Origin: an uncultured Gemmatimonadaceae bacterium
Lineage (GTDB): Bacteria > Gemmatimonadota > Gemmatimonadetes > Gemmatimonadales > Gemmatimonadaceae
Assembly: GCA_963761305.1 (NCBI GenBank)
Contig: CAVXGK010000002.1
Coordinates: forward strand, 640,001-704,000
Length of the DNA: 64,000 nucleotides
Direction of reading: 5' to 3'
The notes under the pieces were generated by a model. It was not told where the DNA came from, searched no databases, and saw only the letters and a list, made by a program, of their open reading frames with translations. Shown piece by piece: positions 1-9,961 of the stretch (position 1 is the stretch's first letter; each line of letters opens with the position of its first letter). A program made the translations under genes and the position numbers.

Positions 1-2
1 TC

Positions 3-95
3 GTGTGGTCCCCGATCGCCGCGGCGATAACGGCCGTCGCCGGCGTCATCGTGCTGACGATCATGCGGCCGTTGATGGAGACGCGGACGGCATGA
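3..95 (+). CDS. mreD: 3' end of probable rod shape-determining protein MreD (partial)
   Basis: Hydrophobic tail VWSPIAAAITAVAGVIVLTIMRPLMETRTA*; its TGA overlaps the mrdA ATG (ATGA); expected position in mreBCD-mrdA-rodA. Confidence 0.6.
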   Translation: MWSPIAAAITAVAGVIVLTIMRPLMETRTA

Positions 96-1888
96 GCTTT
101 CATCCGAACGACGTGGTTCGCCGGGGGCGCGCGGCGAGCCTGATCGTCTCGGGCGCGGTGCTGTTTCTGCTTGGCGCGTTCTTCCGCGCGCAGGTGATTC
201 GCAACGAGGAGTCGCTGCTGCAGTCGGAGGAGAATCGGCTCCGGCAGATTCCCACCGCCGCGCCGCGTGGACGCATCCTCGACCGCAACAACCGGCCGAT
301 CGCCGAGAACGTGGTCGGATACTCGGTGGCGCTGCTTGCATTGTCGGAAGACACGCTGCGCGCCACGCTCGACCGTCTCAAGAACACGATCCAGCTCACG
401 CCCAAGCAGTACCAGGACGCGATTCGCCGCTTTCACCAGGCGGCAAACCGCCCAACGGTGATCGTGCAGGACGCGTCGCTCGACGTCGTGTCGGTGCTCG
501 AAGAGCATCACATGGATTTCCCGAGCTTGATCATCCAGTCCGCGCCCAAGCGGATCTATCCGGATGGCCAGGCGGTCGGCGCCTTCGTGGGCTACATCGG
601 CGAAATCAGCGAGACAGAGCTCGCGAGCATGAGCGCCGACGGCTACAAGTCGGGGCAGCTCATCGGCAAACAGGGGCTCGAGAAGCAGTACGAAAAGCTG
701 CTGCATGGCCGCGAGGGAATTCAGTTCGTCGAGGTGGACGCGCACAACCGCGTCGTCACCAACGGCCGAGCGCGCGAGGCGGTGACGCCGCAGGAAGGGC
801 CGCCGCTCTACACCAACATCGATCTCGACCTGCAGGAGTACATCCACTCCCTCTTCGGCGACTCGCTGGCCGCGGCAGCAGTGGCGATGGTGCCGCAGAC
901 GGGCGAGGTGCTGGCGCTCTACAGCTCGCCGGCGGCCGATCCGAATCGCTGGGTCGGCGGCGTGTCGCAGTCGTACTACGACTCGCTGCGCAACGACCCG
1001 CGGCAACCGCTCTACAACAAGGCGCTCCAGGCGTTGCAAGCACCCGGGTCCACGTTCAAGCTGGCCACCGCGACGATGGCGCTCGAGGACAGCCTGATCA
1101 ACTTCGACTCGCACATGCCGGAGACGTGCAAGGGCTTCTACTACTTCGGCAACCGGACGTGGCATTGTTGGAAGAAGGAAGGACACGGCAGCCTCAGCCT
1201 GCTCGGCGCGATCGCGCAGTCGTGCGATGTCTACTTCTATCAACTCGGGCAGCGGCTGACGTTGTCGCGTCTCGTGGCCGGCGGCGTGAGCCTCGGGTTC
1301 GACAAGCGCACGGGCATCGACCTGCCTGAAGAAAGCCGGCCGCGATTTCCGACGAGCTTCCCGGACTATTTCAACCAGCGCTACGGGCGCAACTGGACGA
1401 TCGGGTCGACCGAATTGAACATGGCGATCGGGCAGGGCGAGAACGCGCAGACGGTGATCAACATGGCGCGCTTCTACAGCGCGCTGGCCACCGACGGCAG
1501 TGAGCCGACGCCGATGCTCAAGCGTGGCCCACCGAAGCTCACCAAGGCGATCCGTCTCGGGCCGGACCAGATGGACCAGCTGCGCAAGGCGATGATGGGC
1601 GTCCTCGCGGCCGGCGGCACGGCTGCCGGCGCCGCCATCCAGGGTGTGAGCATCGCCGGAAAGACGGGCACCGCGCAGGTGCCGGGCTTCAAGACCGACA
1701 AGAATGGAAAATCGCTCTACTACGCGTGGTTCGCGGGCATGGCGCCGGCAAATGCGCCGCGAGTGGTCGTCGTGGTGATGGTGCCGAACGTGACGTTCGA
1801 GGGCGCGACCGCGGCGACGTTCGCGACCAAGATCATCGAGCATTATCTGCACACGCAGGTGAACAACACCATCGAGAACACGGGCTGA
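92..1888 (+). CDS. mrdA: Penicillin-binding protein 2
   Basis: N-terminal TM, APRGRILDRN, SxxK (PGSTFK), SCD, KTGTAQ; directly upstream of rodA. Confidence 0.95.
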   Translation: MSFHPNDVVRRGRAASLIVSGAVLFLLGAFFRAQVIRNEESLLQSEENRLRQIPTAAPRGRILDRNNRPIAENVVGYSVALLALSEDTLRATLDRLKNTIQLTPKQYQDAIRRFHQAANRPTVIVQDASLDVVSVLEEHHMDFPSLIIQSAPKRIYPDGQAVGAFVGYIGEISETELASMSADGYKSGQLIGKQGLEKQYEKLLHGREGIQFVEVDAHNRVVTNGRAREAVTPQEGPPLYTNIDLDLQEYIHSLFGDSLAAAAVAMVPQTGEVLALYSSPAADPNRWVGGVSQSYYDSLRNDPRQPLYNKALQALQAPGSTFKLATATMALEDSLINFDSHMPETCKGFYYFGNRTWHCWKKEGHGSLSLLGAIAQSCDVYFYQLGQRLTLSRLVAGGVSLGFDKRTGIDLPEESRPRFPTSFPDYFNQRYGRNWTIGSTELNMAIGQGENAQTVINMARFYSALATDGSEPTPMLKRGPPKLTKAIRLGPDQMDQLRKAMMGVLAAGGTAAGAAIQGVSIAGKTGTAQVPGFKTDKNGKSLYYAWFAGMAPANAPRVVVVVMVPNVTFEGATAATFATKIIEHYLHTQVNNTIENTG

Positions 1889-3147
1889 TGCCGGCCCCGC
1901 GACGCATCAACGTCGACTTGCCGCTGCTCCTCACCGCGATCGCGCTCACCGCGTTCGGGTTGGCGGTCGTCTTTTCGGCGGGTCAGACCGACGTGCAGAC
2001 GCCGGCCACCGGCGCGTACAAGCTTCAGATCATCTGGACCGTCGTCGGCATCGTCGGCGCGTATTCGGTGAGCCGTGCGTCGGTGCGACTGATCGAGTGG
2101 ATGACGATTCCCGCATACGCGTTCACGATCGTGATGCTCGTCGGGCTGCTCATAGGCTTGGGATCCGGGGGCGGCACCGCGACGAGCACGTCGGGTTGGC
2201 TCACGATTGCCGGGCACCGACTTGGACAACCGGCGGAGCTGGCCAAACTCACCGTCGTGCTGATGCTGGCGCACATGCTGAGTCAGAACCGCGTCACGCC
2301 GAAATCGATGATCGAGCTGTGGAAGCCGCTCGCCATCGCCGGCGTGCCGCTGCTGCTCATCATGGCGCAGGGCGACCTCGGTACGTCGATCGTGTTCGTC
2401 GGGATTTTCTTCGCGATGCTGTTCTGGGCGGGCGTGCCGTGGCAACTGCTCATTCTGCTGGCGAGCCCGGTCATCAGCCTGATCCTCGGCTTCGACCCAT
2501 ACGTGTGGGGCGCGTGGTTCCTGCTGCTCCTCGGGCTCGTGCTGTGGTACAAGCCGTTCCTCGGCGAAGGCCTCTTCGTCGTCGCGGCGAACGCGATGAT
2601 GGGAATCGTCGGGCCGCTGCTCTGGGAACACATGAAGCCGTATCGCCAGAACCGGCTCAAGGTCTTTCTCGATCCGACGGCCGACCCGCGCGGCAGCGGC
2701 TACCACGTCATCCAGTCGATCACCGCGATCGGATCGGGCGGGTGGTTCGGACGCGGCTATCTCAACGGCCCGCAGAAACGCGGCGGCTTTTTGCCCGAGC
2801 AGTACACCGACTTCATCTTCGCCGTCGTCGGCGAGGAGCTCGGCTTCGTCGGCGTGATGATCGCGCTCACGCTGTTTCTGTTTCTCTTTCTGCGCGTGAT
2901 TCGCATTTCCGAACGCGCGAACGATTCTTTCAGCAGTCTCGTGGCGTTCGGGCTTCTCGCGAGCTGGTTCACCCACGTGTTGGAAAACGTGGGGATGACG
3001 CTCAACGTCATGCCGATCACCGGCATTCCGCTGCCGTTTTTCAGCTACGGCGGATCGTTCATGCTCGCGTGCTGGTTGTCGGTGGGATTGCTCGCGCGCA
3101 TCTCGAGCGAAGGCCGTGGAGGCCTCGCCGGGCCCCTGAAGGTATGA
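1888..3147 (+). CDS. rodA: Rod shape-determining protein RodA (SEDS)
   Basis: GQPAELAKL, DLGT, LPEQYTDFIF, GIPLPFFSYGGS; coupled to mrdA. Confidence 0.95.
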   Translation: MPAPRRINVDLPLLLTAIALTAFGLAVVFSAGQTDVQTPATGAYKLQIIWTVVGIVGAYSVSRASVRLIEWMTIPAYAFTIVMLVGLLIGLGSGGGTATSTSGWLTIAGHRLGQPAELAKLTVVLMLAHMLSQNRVTPKSMIELWKPLAIAGVPLLLIMAQGDLGTSIVFVGIFFAMLFWAGVPWQLLILLASPVISLILGFDPYVWGAWFLLLLGLVLWYKPFLGEGLFVVAANAMMGIVGPLLWEHMKPYRQNRLKVFLDPTADPRGSGYHVIQSITAIGSGGWFGRGYLNGPQKRGGFLPEQYTDFIFAVVGEELGFVGVMIALTLFLFLFLRVIRISERANDSFSSLVAFGLLASWFTHVLENVGMTLNVMPITGIPLPFFSYGGSFMLACWLSVGLLARISSEGRGGLAGPLKV

Positions 3148-3215
3148 CGGCGCGTGTAGCGTCAAGCCGGTCTCGGCCCTAGCCTTGGGCTCCCGGTAAC
3201 CCCCAAATTTCCACC

Positions 3216-4082
3216 ATGGCATGGTGGAACAAGCAGGGCAAGAAAGCCCGACAACCCCGGCGCGAACGACTCGAGATCCCGGCTGACGTCTGGGAGAAGT
3301 GCGAGGCGTGCGGACACACGGACATCCGTGAAAAGTTCGCGCGCAACATGAACGTCTGCCCGAACTGCGACTATCATCGCCGCATTCGAGCGTCCGAGTA
3401 CTGCGCCCTGCTGCTCGACGAAGGGTCGATGGAAGAGGTCGAGGTCGACCTTCGCTCGACCGACCCGCTCGGCTTTCCCGAATATCCGGCTCGTCTCAAG
3501 AAAGCCTCGGCGAAGGTCGGCGACACCGACGCGCTGCTGGCGTGCACGGGAACGCTCGACGACCTCCCGGTGAACGCCGGCGTGATGGACTTCGCGTTCA
3601 TGGGCGGCTCCATGGGATCCGTGGTCGGCGAAAAGATCTCGCGCCTCGCCCAGCGGTCGCTCGAGCGGAAGTATCCGCTCATCATCGTGTCCGCGTCGGG
3701 CGGCGCGCGCATGCAGGAAGGCGTGCTGTCGCTCATGCAGATGGCCAAGATCGCGGCCGTGCTCGCACAGCTCGCCGAGCGCCGGATTCCGTACATCTCG
3801 ATCCTCACGAATCCCACGACGGGCGGCGTGAGCGCCAGCTACGCCATGCTCGGCGATGCGATCCTCGCCGAGCCGGGCGCGGTGATCGGATTCGCCGGGC
3901 CGCGCGTGATCAAGCAGACGTTGGGACAGGACCTTCCCGAAGGATTCCAGACGTCGGAATTCCTGCTCGATCACGGCATGTTGGACAGCGTCACGCATCG
4001 CCGGAATCTCAAACGAACGGTGAGCCAGCTGCTCCGCCACATGTCCGGGCGTCCGGCGGCGACGGGTTGGACGTCGCCCTGA
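3216..4082 (+). CDS. accD: Acetyl-CoA carboxylase carboxyltransferase beta
   Basis: C4 zinc finger (CEAC..CPNC), FMGGSMGSVVGEKI, SGGARMQEG, PTTGGVSAS. Confidence 0.96.
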   Translation: MAWWNKQGKKARQPRRERLEIPADVWEKCEACGHTDIREKFARNMNVCPNCDYHRRIRASEYCALLLDEGSMEEVEVDLRSTDPLGFPEYPARLKKASAKVGDTDALLACTGTLDDLPVNAGVMDFAFMGGSMGSVVGEKISRLAQRSLERKYPLIIVSASGGARMQEGVLSLMQMAKIAAVLAQLAERRIPYISILTNPTTGGVSASYAMLGDAILAEPGAVIGFAGPRVIKQTLGQDLPEGFQTSEFLLDHGMLDSVTHRRNLKRTVSQLLRHMSGRPAATGWTSP

Positions 4083-4090
4083 GGGCGCCG

Positions 4091-5392
4091 TTGTCCGTGT
4101 CTTCCGCCAATCCGAAGCTCGCCGACTATCGCGACGCACTCGCCTTCTTGTTCGCGCGGACGACCGGCGCGTTCAAGTTCGGCCTCGAGCGCACGGCGGC
4201 CCTGCTCGCCGCGCTCGGCAATCCGGAGCGTCGCTATCCGTCGATCCACATCGCCGGCACGAACGGAAAGGGAAGCAGCGTCGCGACGATGTCCGCTCTC
4301 CTCGCGGCGAAAGGACTCCGTGTGGCGACGTACACGTCGCCGCATCTGGTGGATTTTCGCGAACGGATGGTTGTCGGCGGTCAGATGATCTCGTCCGACG
4401 ACGTCGTCTCGTTCATCGCGACGCACATGCCGCTCATCGAGGAGATCGGCGCGAGCTTCTTCGAGGCGACGACCGCGATGGCGTTCGACCACTTCGCGCG
4501 TGCCGGCGCCGACGTCGCCGTGATCGAGGCGGGGCTCGGCGGTCGGCTCGATTCGACAAATGTGCTCGATCCGATCGTGGCCGGTGTGACGTCCATCGGG
4601 CTCGACCACATGGAGTATCTCGGTTCCACGCTCGCGTCGATCGCGGGAGAGAAGGCGGGCATCTTCAAACCCGGCCGGCCCGCCGTGATCGGCGAGCGCA
4701 ATCCGCGCGTCCGCGACCTGCTCGTGGAGCACGCCTTGCGCGCGAACGCGTCGGCCGTGAGGACGTCCGACGAGATCCGTTTCGATCGCGTCACCGTGGA
4801 CGCGAACGGCACGTCGTGTGACGTCGAGTGGCGCGACGAGCGGGTGGCGCTGCGAACGCCGCTCGCCGGCCGCCATCAAGCCTACAATCTGGCGTTTTCG
4901 CTGGTCGCGCTCGACGCCGCCGGTCCGCACTACGCGGTCTCCGCCGCGGAAGCGTCTCGCCACCTCGCGAGCGTGCACATGTTGGGGCGGTTCCAACGAC
5001 GCGGCCGGTTCGTCTTCGACGTGGCGCACAATCCCGCCGGCGTCGAGATGCTGGTGCAGACGATTCACACCGTCTCGCCTCCGCGGCCGATCACGGCGCT
5101 TCTTTGCGTGCTCGGCGACAAGGATTGGCGCTCGATGATGCAAGCGCTGAGCGAAGTCGTCTCGCGTTTCGTGCTCACGATGGCGCCGACCGCGCCGGCG
5201 AGCCGCATGTGGAACCTCGAGGAAGCCGCCGCCTTTGCGCGCTCGCTCGGCGTGAACGTCGAGGTGATCCCGGAGTTCGCGGTGGCGCTCCATCGAGCGG
5301 AAATGGACGCGGAAACCGTGCTGGTCACCGGCTCGTTTCACACGGTAGGCGATGCACTCGCGCTGTTGCAGGTATCGCCAATAGCCCGATAG
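4091..5392 (+). CDS. folC: Folylpolyglutamate synthase/dihydrofolate synthase
   Basis: HIAGTNGKGS, YTSPHL, EAGLGGRLDSTN, DVAHNP; follows accD; start approximate (TTG 4091 or GTG 4097). Confidence 0.93.
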   Translation: MSVSSANPKLADYRDALAFLFARTTGAFKFGLERTAALLAALGNPERRYPSIHIAGTNGKGSSVATMSALLAAKGLRVATYTSPHLVDFRERMVVGGQMISSDDVVSFIATHMPLIEEIGASFFEATTAMAFDHFARAGADVAVIEAGLGGRLDSTNVLDPIVAGVTSIGLDHMEYLGSTLASIAGEKAGIFKPGRPAVIGERNPRVRDLLVEHALRANASAVRTSDEIRFDRVTVDANGTSCDVEWRDERVALRTPLAGRHQAYNLAFSLVALDAAGPHYAVSAAEASRHLASVHMLGRFQRRGRFVFDVAHNPAGVEMLVQTIHTVSPPRPITALLCVLGDKDWRSMMQALSEVVSRFVLTMAPTAPASRMWNLEEAAAFARSLGVNVEVIPEFAVALHRAEMDAETVLVTGSFHTVGDALALLQVSPIAR

Positions 5393-5401
5393 CTTTAGAG
5401 G

Positions 5402-6664
5402 ATGGCCCAGGGCGCCCTCCCCGGCTTTCGCGACTTCTATCCCGAACAGTTCGCCGAGCGCGCGCACCTCATGGGTGTGTGGCGCGAAGTGGCGCGCCGG
5501 TTCGCGTTCGTCGAGTACGACGGACCGCCGCTCGAGCCGCTCGAGCTCTACACCAAAAAGAGCGGAGAAGAGATCGTCGGCCAGCTCTACAACTTCACCG
5601 ACAAAGGTGGCCGCGACATCGCGCTGCGTCCGGAGATGACGCCGACGCTCGCCCGCATGGCGGCCGCCAAAGCGAACGCGCTGCGCAAACCCGTGCGATG
5701 GTTCTCGGTGCCGCAGCTCTTTCGCTACGAGCGACAGCAGCGCGGGCGCCTGCGCGAGCACTTTCAGCTGAACGTCGACATCATCGGCGAAGCGGACGTC
5801 ACCGCCGACGCCGAGCTGCTCGCCGTCGCCATCGAGATCATGCGCGGCTGCGGCCTTACCTCGGCCGACGTGCGAGCGCGCGTCTCCGACCGCCGGCTGC
5901 TCCGCGCCATTCTCGCGGCGCTCGGCGTCGACGACGCGCGGACGGGCGAGGTGTTTGGCGTGATCGACAAAGTGCAACGCCAGCCGCGCACCGTGTCGGT
6001 CGAGAAGCTCGAGAAGCTGGGCCTCGCCGCCGACTCGATCGAGGCGCTGATGCAGATCCTCGACCGCACGGAGCTCGACGACATCGCTCGCCGGTTCGCG
6101 AAATCCCCCGACGTCGTAGCGTCGGTCGCCGAGGTGCGTCGCTATCTGGCGCTCGTGGACCAGCTGGGCGTGAGCGACTGGGTGACGCTCGATCTCACGA
6201 TCGTGCGCGGCCTCGCCTACTACACGGGTATCGTCTTCGAGCTGTTCGACGCGAAGGGAGAACTGCGCGCCATCTGCGGCGGCGGCCGCTACGACGATCT
6301 GCTCCAGTCGCTCGGCGGCGTCGATTTACCGGCGCTCGGGTTCGGTATGGGCGACGTCGTGCTCACCGAGCTGCTCCGCGATCGAAAACTCTTGCCGACG
6401 TCGGCGACGGGGCCGCAAGTCTGGGTCGCCACGGAGGCGGAGGATCGCCAGCACGACGTGCGACGCGCCGCCACGGCACTGCGCCGCAGCGGCGTGAGCG
6501 TCGAGTACGCGCTCAAACCGCAACCGCTCATGAAACAGGTGAAGGCAGCGCGCTCCGCGGGCGCGTCGATGGTGCTCACCTTGCTCGAAGGTCGAGCGAA
6601 TCACTCGTGGAGCGGAGAACCGCCCGCCGAGTGGAAGCAGGTGCTCGCGGACCTCGGTATCTAG
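5402..6664 (+). CDS. hisS: Histidine--tRNA ligase
   Basis: LRPEMT, FRYERQQRGRLREHFQ, VRGLAYYTG, GGGRYD. Confidence 0.96.
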   Translation: MAQGALPGFRDFYPEQFAERAHLMGVWREVARRFAFVEYDGPPLEPLELYTKKSGEEIVGQLYNFTDKGGRDIALRPEMTPTLARMAAAKANALRKPVRWFSVPQLFRYERQQRGRLREHFQLNVDIIGEADVTADAELLAVAIEIMRGCGLTSADVRARVSDRRLLRAILAALGVDDARTGEVFGVIDKVQRQPRTVSVEKLEKLGLAADSIEALMQILDRTELDDIARRFAKSPDVVASVAEVRRYLALVDQLGVSDWVTLDLTIVRGLAYYTGIVFELFDAKGELRAICGGGRYDDLLQSLGGVDLPALGFGMGDVVLTELLRDRKLLPTSATGPQVWVATEAEDRQHDVRRAATALRRSGVSVEYALKPQPLMKQVKAARSAGASMVLTLLEGRANHSWSGEPPAEWKQVLADLGI

Positions 6665-6687
6665 TTCTTCTCACCTCACGGCAACAA

Positions 6688-8163
6688 ATGGCCCCCCCCG
6701 ACGACAAAAAGCTCACCACCCGCGAAGCCGACTTCAGCGCCTGGTACAACGAGGTCGTGCTCCGCGCCGAGCTCGCCGACTACTCGCCCGTGCGCGGATG
6801 CATGGTCATCCGCCCGAACGGCTACGGCATCTGGGAACGGATGCAGCGTGCGTTGGACGACATGTTCAAGGCGACGGGCCATCAGAACGCCTACTTCCCG
6901 CTGTTGATTCCGGAGAGCTTCCTCCACAAGGAGGCGCAGCACGTCGAAGGCTTCGCCCCGGAGGTGGCCGTCGTCACGCACGGAGGCGGCAAGAAGCTCG
7001 ACGAGCCACTCATCATCCGGCCGACGTCGGAGACGATCATCTACTCGATGTTCGCCAAGTGGGTGCAGAGTTATCGCGACCTGCCGTTGCTCATGAACCA
7101 GTGGGCAAACGTCGTCCGCTGGGAAATGCGCACTCGCCTCTTTCTGCGCACGCTCGAGTTCCTCTGGCAAGAGGGACACACCGCGCACGCGACCCACGAC
7201 GAGGCCGAGGAGGAGGCGCGCCAGATGCTCGGCGTCTACAGCGATTTCATGGAAGGTTGGATGGCGATGCCGGTCATCACCGGCCTCAAGACCAACGCCG
7301 AGCGGTTCGCCGGCGCGCTGCGGACGTACGCGTGCGAAGCGCTCATGCAGGACAACAAGGCGCTGCAGGCCGGCACGTCGCACCATCTCGGGCAAAATTT
7401 CGCCAAGGCATTCGACCTCAAGTTCCAAGCGGAGCACGGGGGACTGGAGTTCGCCTGGAACACGAGCTGGGGCGTGTCGACGCGGCTCGTCGGCGGGCTC
7501 GTGATGACGCACGGCGATGACGTCGGGATTCGCATTCCGCCGCTGCTCGCGCCCACGGAGCTCGTCATCGTGCCGATCTACAAGAGCGACGATGAGCGCA
7601 CGCGCATCCTCGAAGCGGCCGATCGCGTCGAGCAGAAGCTGCTCGACTGGGAGCGCCGCGATCCGGGCCGCCTCCGCGTGCACGTCGATGACCGCGAGGG
7701 CATCAAGCCCGGTGCGAAGTACTACGAGTGGGAGCTGCGCGGCGTGCCGCTCCGCATGGAGCTCGGTCCTCGCGACGTCGACGCCAACCAGGGCGTTCTC
7801 GTTCGCCGCGACAACCGCGCCAAGAAGCCCGTCTCGCTCGACACCGCCGGCGAGGACGTCGCCGACTTGCTGATGCGCATCCAAGACGACATGCTGATCG
7901 CGGCGCGCGAGCGGCGTGAGGCGAACAGCATCCGGCACAAGATCAGCTACGGCGACTTCAAGGAGCTGATGGAAGGGAAGGGCGCGTTCGTCTATGCCGG
8001 CTGGTGCGGCGACGAAGCGTGCGAAGCGCAGATCAAGGAGGAAACCAAGGCGACGATTCGCGTACTCCCCGACGAGGAATTCCGCTCGGCCGAGGCGCCG
8101 GCGGCCTGCCTCAAGTGCGGCCGCGCATCGACCGCCGAGGCGGTATGGGCCAGAGCGTACTGA
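6688..8163 (+). CDS. proS: Proline--tRNA ligase (archaeal/eukaryote-like)
   Basis: DFSAWY, IRPTSET, LFLRTLEFLWQEGHT, QAGTSHHLGQNF, C-terminal Cys cluster ending ARAY. Confidence 0.96.
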   Translation: MAPPDDKKLTTREADFSAWYNEVVLRAELADYSPVRGCMVIRPNGYGIWERMQRALDDMFKATGHQNAYFPLLIPESFLHKEAQHVEGFAPEVAVVTHGGGKKLDEPLIIRPTSETIIYSMFAKWVQSYRDLPLLMNQWANVVRWEMRTRLFLRTLEFLWQEGHTAHATHDEAEEEARQMLGVYSDFMEGWMAMPVITGLKTNAERFAGALRTYACEALMQDNKALQAGTSHHLGQNFAKAFDLKFQAEHGGLEFAWNTSWGVSTRLVGGLVMTHGDDVGIRIPPLLAPTELVIVPIYKSDDERTRILEAADRVEQKLLDWERRDPGRLRVHVDDREGIKPGAKYYEWELRGVPLRMELGPRDVDANQGVLVRRDNRAKKPVSLDTAGEDVADLLMRIQDDMLIAARERREANSIRHKISYGDFKELMEGKGAFVYAGWCGDEACEAQIKEETKATIRVLPDEEFRSAEAPAACLKCGRASTAEAVWARAY

Positions 8164-9455
8164 CGTCGGGCTTCGCCCGCGTCCGTGGGGATGACGGCGA
8201 GGGCGTGATGTACTGCGAGGGCGTGTCCCTCGAGCACATCGCGCGCGAGGTGGGCACGCCGGTGTTCGTGTACAGCGCTTCGACGATGCGCGACAGGTTC
8301 GAGCGGCTCGAGCGAATGCTCGCGCCGCTCCCGCACCGTATTCATTACACGCTCAAGGCCAACTCCAGCCTTGGCATTCTGCGCCTGATGCGCGAGCTCG
8401 GCGCGGGCGCCGACGTCGTGAGTGGCGGCGAGCTGCATCGCGCGCTGCGCGCCGGCTTCACACCGAGCGACATCATCTTCGGCGGCGTGGGCAAGACCGC
8501 GGCGGAGCTCGCGCAGGCGATCGACGGCGGGATTCTCTTCATCAACGTGGAGAGCGAAGGCGAGATCCATCTCGTCAGCCAGCTGGCGAGCGAACGGCAC
8601 ACGACCGCACGCGTCTCGATTCGCGTGAATCCGGAGATCACGCTCGACACGCCGCACGACTACATCAAGACGGGCGGCCGGGGACACAAGTTCGGCATTC
8701 CCTACGACGACGTCGTGCACGTGGCCGAGATCGCGCGCTCGCTGCCGAATATCGAGCTGGTCGGGCTCGACATGCATCTCGGCTCGCAGCTCTCGCGCAT
8801 CGATCCCTATCGTGAAGGCGCCGAGCGGCTCGCGGCGATCCTCGCCGAGCTCGCGGAACGTGGAATCACCGGACTCCAGTATCTGGACATCGGCGGCGGG
8901 CTCGGCGTGCGCTACGACACCGAGGAGCCACCGAATCTCGAGCGCTTCGCCGAACTGGTGCTGCCGATCGTCGCCTCGACGGGGCTCAAGCTGATCATGG
9001 AGCCGGGACGTTTTCTCGTCGGCAACGCGGGCGTGCTTGTCGGCCGCGTGTTGTATCGGAAGCACAGCGGCGGCAAGGACTACGTCATCGCCGACGCCGG
9101 AATGACGGAGCTGTTGCGCCCGTCGCACTACGGCGCCTTTCATCGCGTCGACGCGATGCGCCAGCACGGCAACACTCGGCGCGTCGACGTCGTCGGCCCG
9201 GTGTGCGAGAGCGGCGATTTCCTCGCGCTCGACCGCGAGCTGGACGATGTTCAGCCGGGCGACTTCATCGTCGTTTCCGACGTCGGCGCCTACGGCTACG
9301 CGATGGCCTCGAACTACAACAGCCGCGGCCGCGCCGCCGAGGTGCTCGTGGACGACGATCGCTTCGCCATCATCACGGCGCGCGAGCTGTACGACGACCT
9401 GACGCGTCTCGAGATCGACGCGCCCACGTGGGAAGCCGGAGAACCGCACGAATGA
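8145..9455 (+). CDS. lysA: Diaminopimelate decarboxylase
   Basis: YTLKAN (PLP lysine), HLGSQ, EPGRF, GPVCESGD, GAYG..MASNYN; start approximate. Confidence 0.94.
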   Translation: MGQSVLTSGFARVRGDDGEGVMYCEGVSLEHIAREVGTPVFVYSASTMRDRFERLERMLAPLPHRIHYTLKANSSLGILRLMRELGAGADVVSGGELHRALRAGFTPSDIIFGGVGKTAAELAQAIDGGILFINVESEGEIHLVSQLASERHTTARVSIRVNPEITLDTPHDYIKTGGRGHKFGIPYDDVVHVAEIARSLPNIELVGLDMHLGSQLSRIDPYREGAERLAAILAELAERGITGLQYLDIGGGLGVRYDTEEPPNLERFAELVLPIVASTGLKLIMEPGRFLVGNAGVLVGRVLYRKHSGGKDYVIADAGMTELLRPSHYGAFHRVDAMRQHGNTRRVDVVGPVCESGDFLALDRELDDVQPGDFIVVSDVGAYGYAMASNYNSRGRAAEVLVDDDRFAIITARELYDDLTRLEIDAPTWEAGEPHE

Positions 9456-9961
9456 AGATCGGACTCATCGCCGACACGCACGATCGGTTGCCCGCCATCG
9501 CCGAGTTGGTGAAACAACTCCAGGCAGGCGGCGCCGGCATGCTGCTCCACGCCGGCGACTACTGCTCGCCGTTCTCGCTCACCCCGGTCGAAGACGCGCA
9601 GATGTCGCTCGCCGGCGTGTTCGGCCGCAACGACGGCGATCCGCAGGGATTGATCACGCGCGCACAGTCGGCGCTCGGCATCGAGCTGTTCGAGTCGCCG
9701 CACAGCCTCGAGGTGGGCGGGCGGCGAATTCTCGTCGTGCACGATATCGGCGAGGTCCACGAACGCTCGGTGTTGGCTCACGAGGTGGTGGTGCACGGAA
9801 GCACGCACCAGCAGGAAATGAAGACGCGCGGCGAGACGTTGATCGTGAATCCGGGTGAAGCCTGCGGGTGGCTGTTCGGCAAGCCGACGGCGGCGCTGCT
9901 CGATCTCGACACGCGACGCGTCGAGTTCCTGACGCTCTCCGGCCCCGAGTGGGCCCGCTGA
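9452..9961 (+). CDS. YfcE/MJ0936-like metallophosphoesterase
   Basis: IADTHD, HAGD, GRND, HGSTH, NPGE. Confidence 0.88.
   Translation: MKIGLIADTHDRLPAIAELVKQLQAGGAGMLLHAGDYCSPFSLTPVEDAQMSLAGVFGRNDGDPQGLITRAQSALGIELFESPHSLEVGGRRILVVHDIGEVHERSVLAHEVVVHGSTHQQEMKTRGETLIVNPGEACGWLFGKPTAALLDLDTRRVEFLTLSGPEWAR

Noticed and set aside
3971..5977. Long antisense or alternate-frame ORFs (e.g. 3971-5977, 7992-9449, 50100-51839)
   Set aside because: Shadow ORFs typical of high-GC DNA, overlapping well-supported genes
4828..8163. Giant ORF-track proteins (1111 aa at 4828 and 20783; 860 aa at 49647)
   Set aside because: Upstream extensions are off-frame read-through of other genes; real starts are internal (6688, 23345, 50175)
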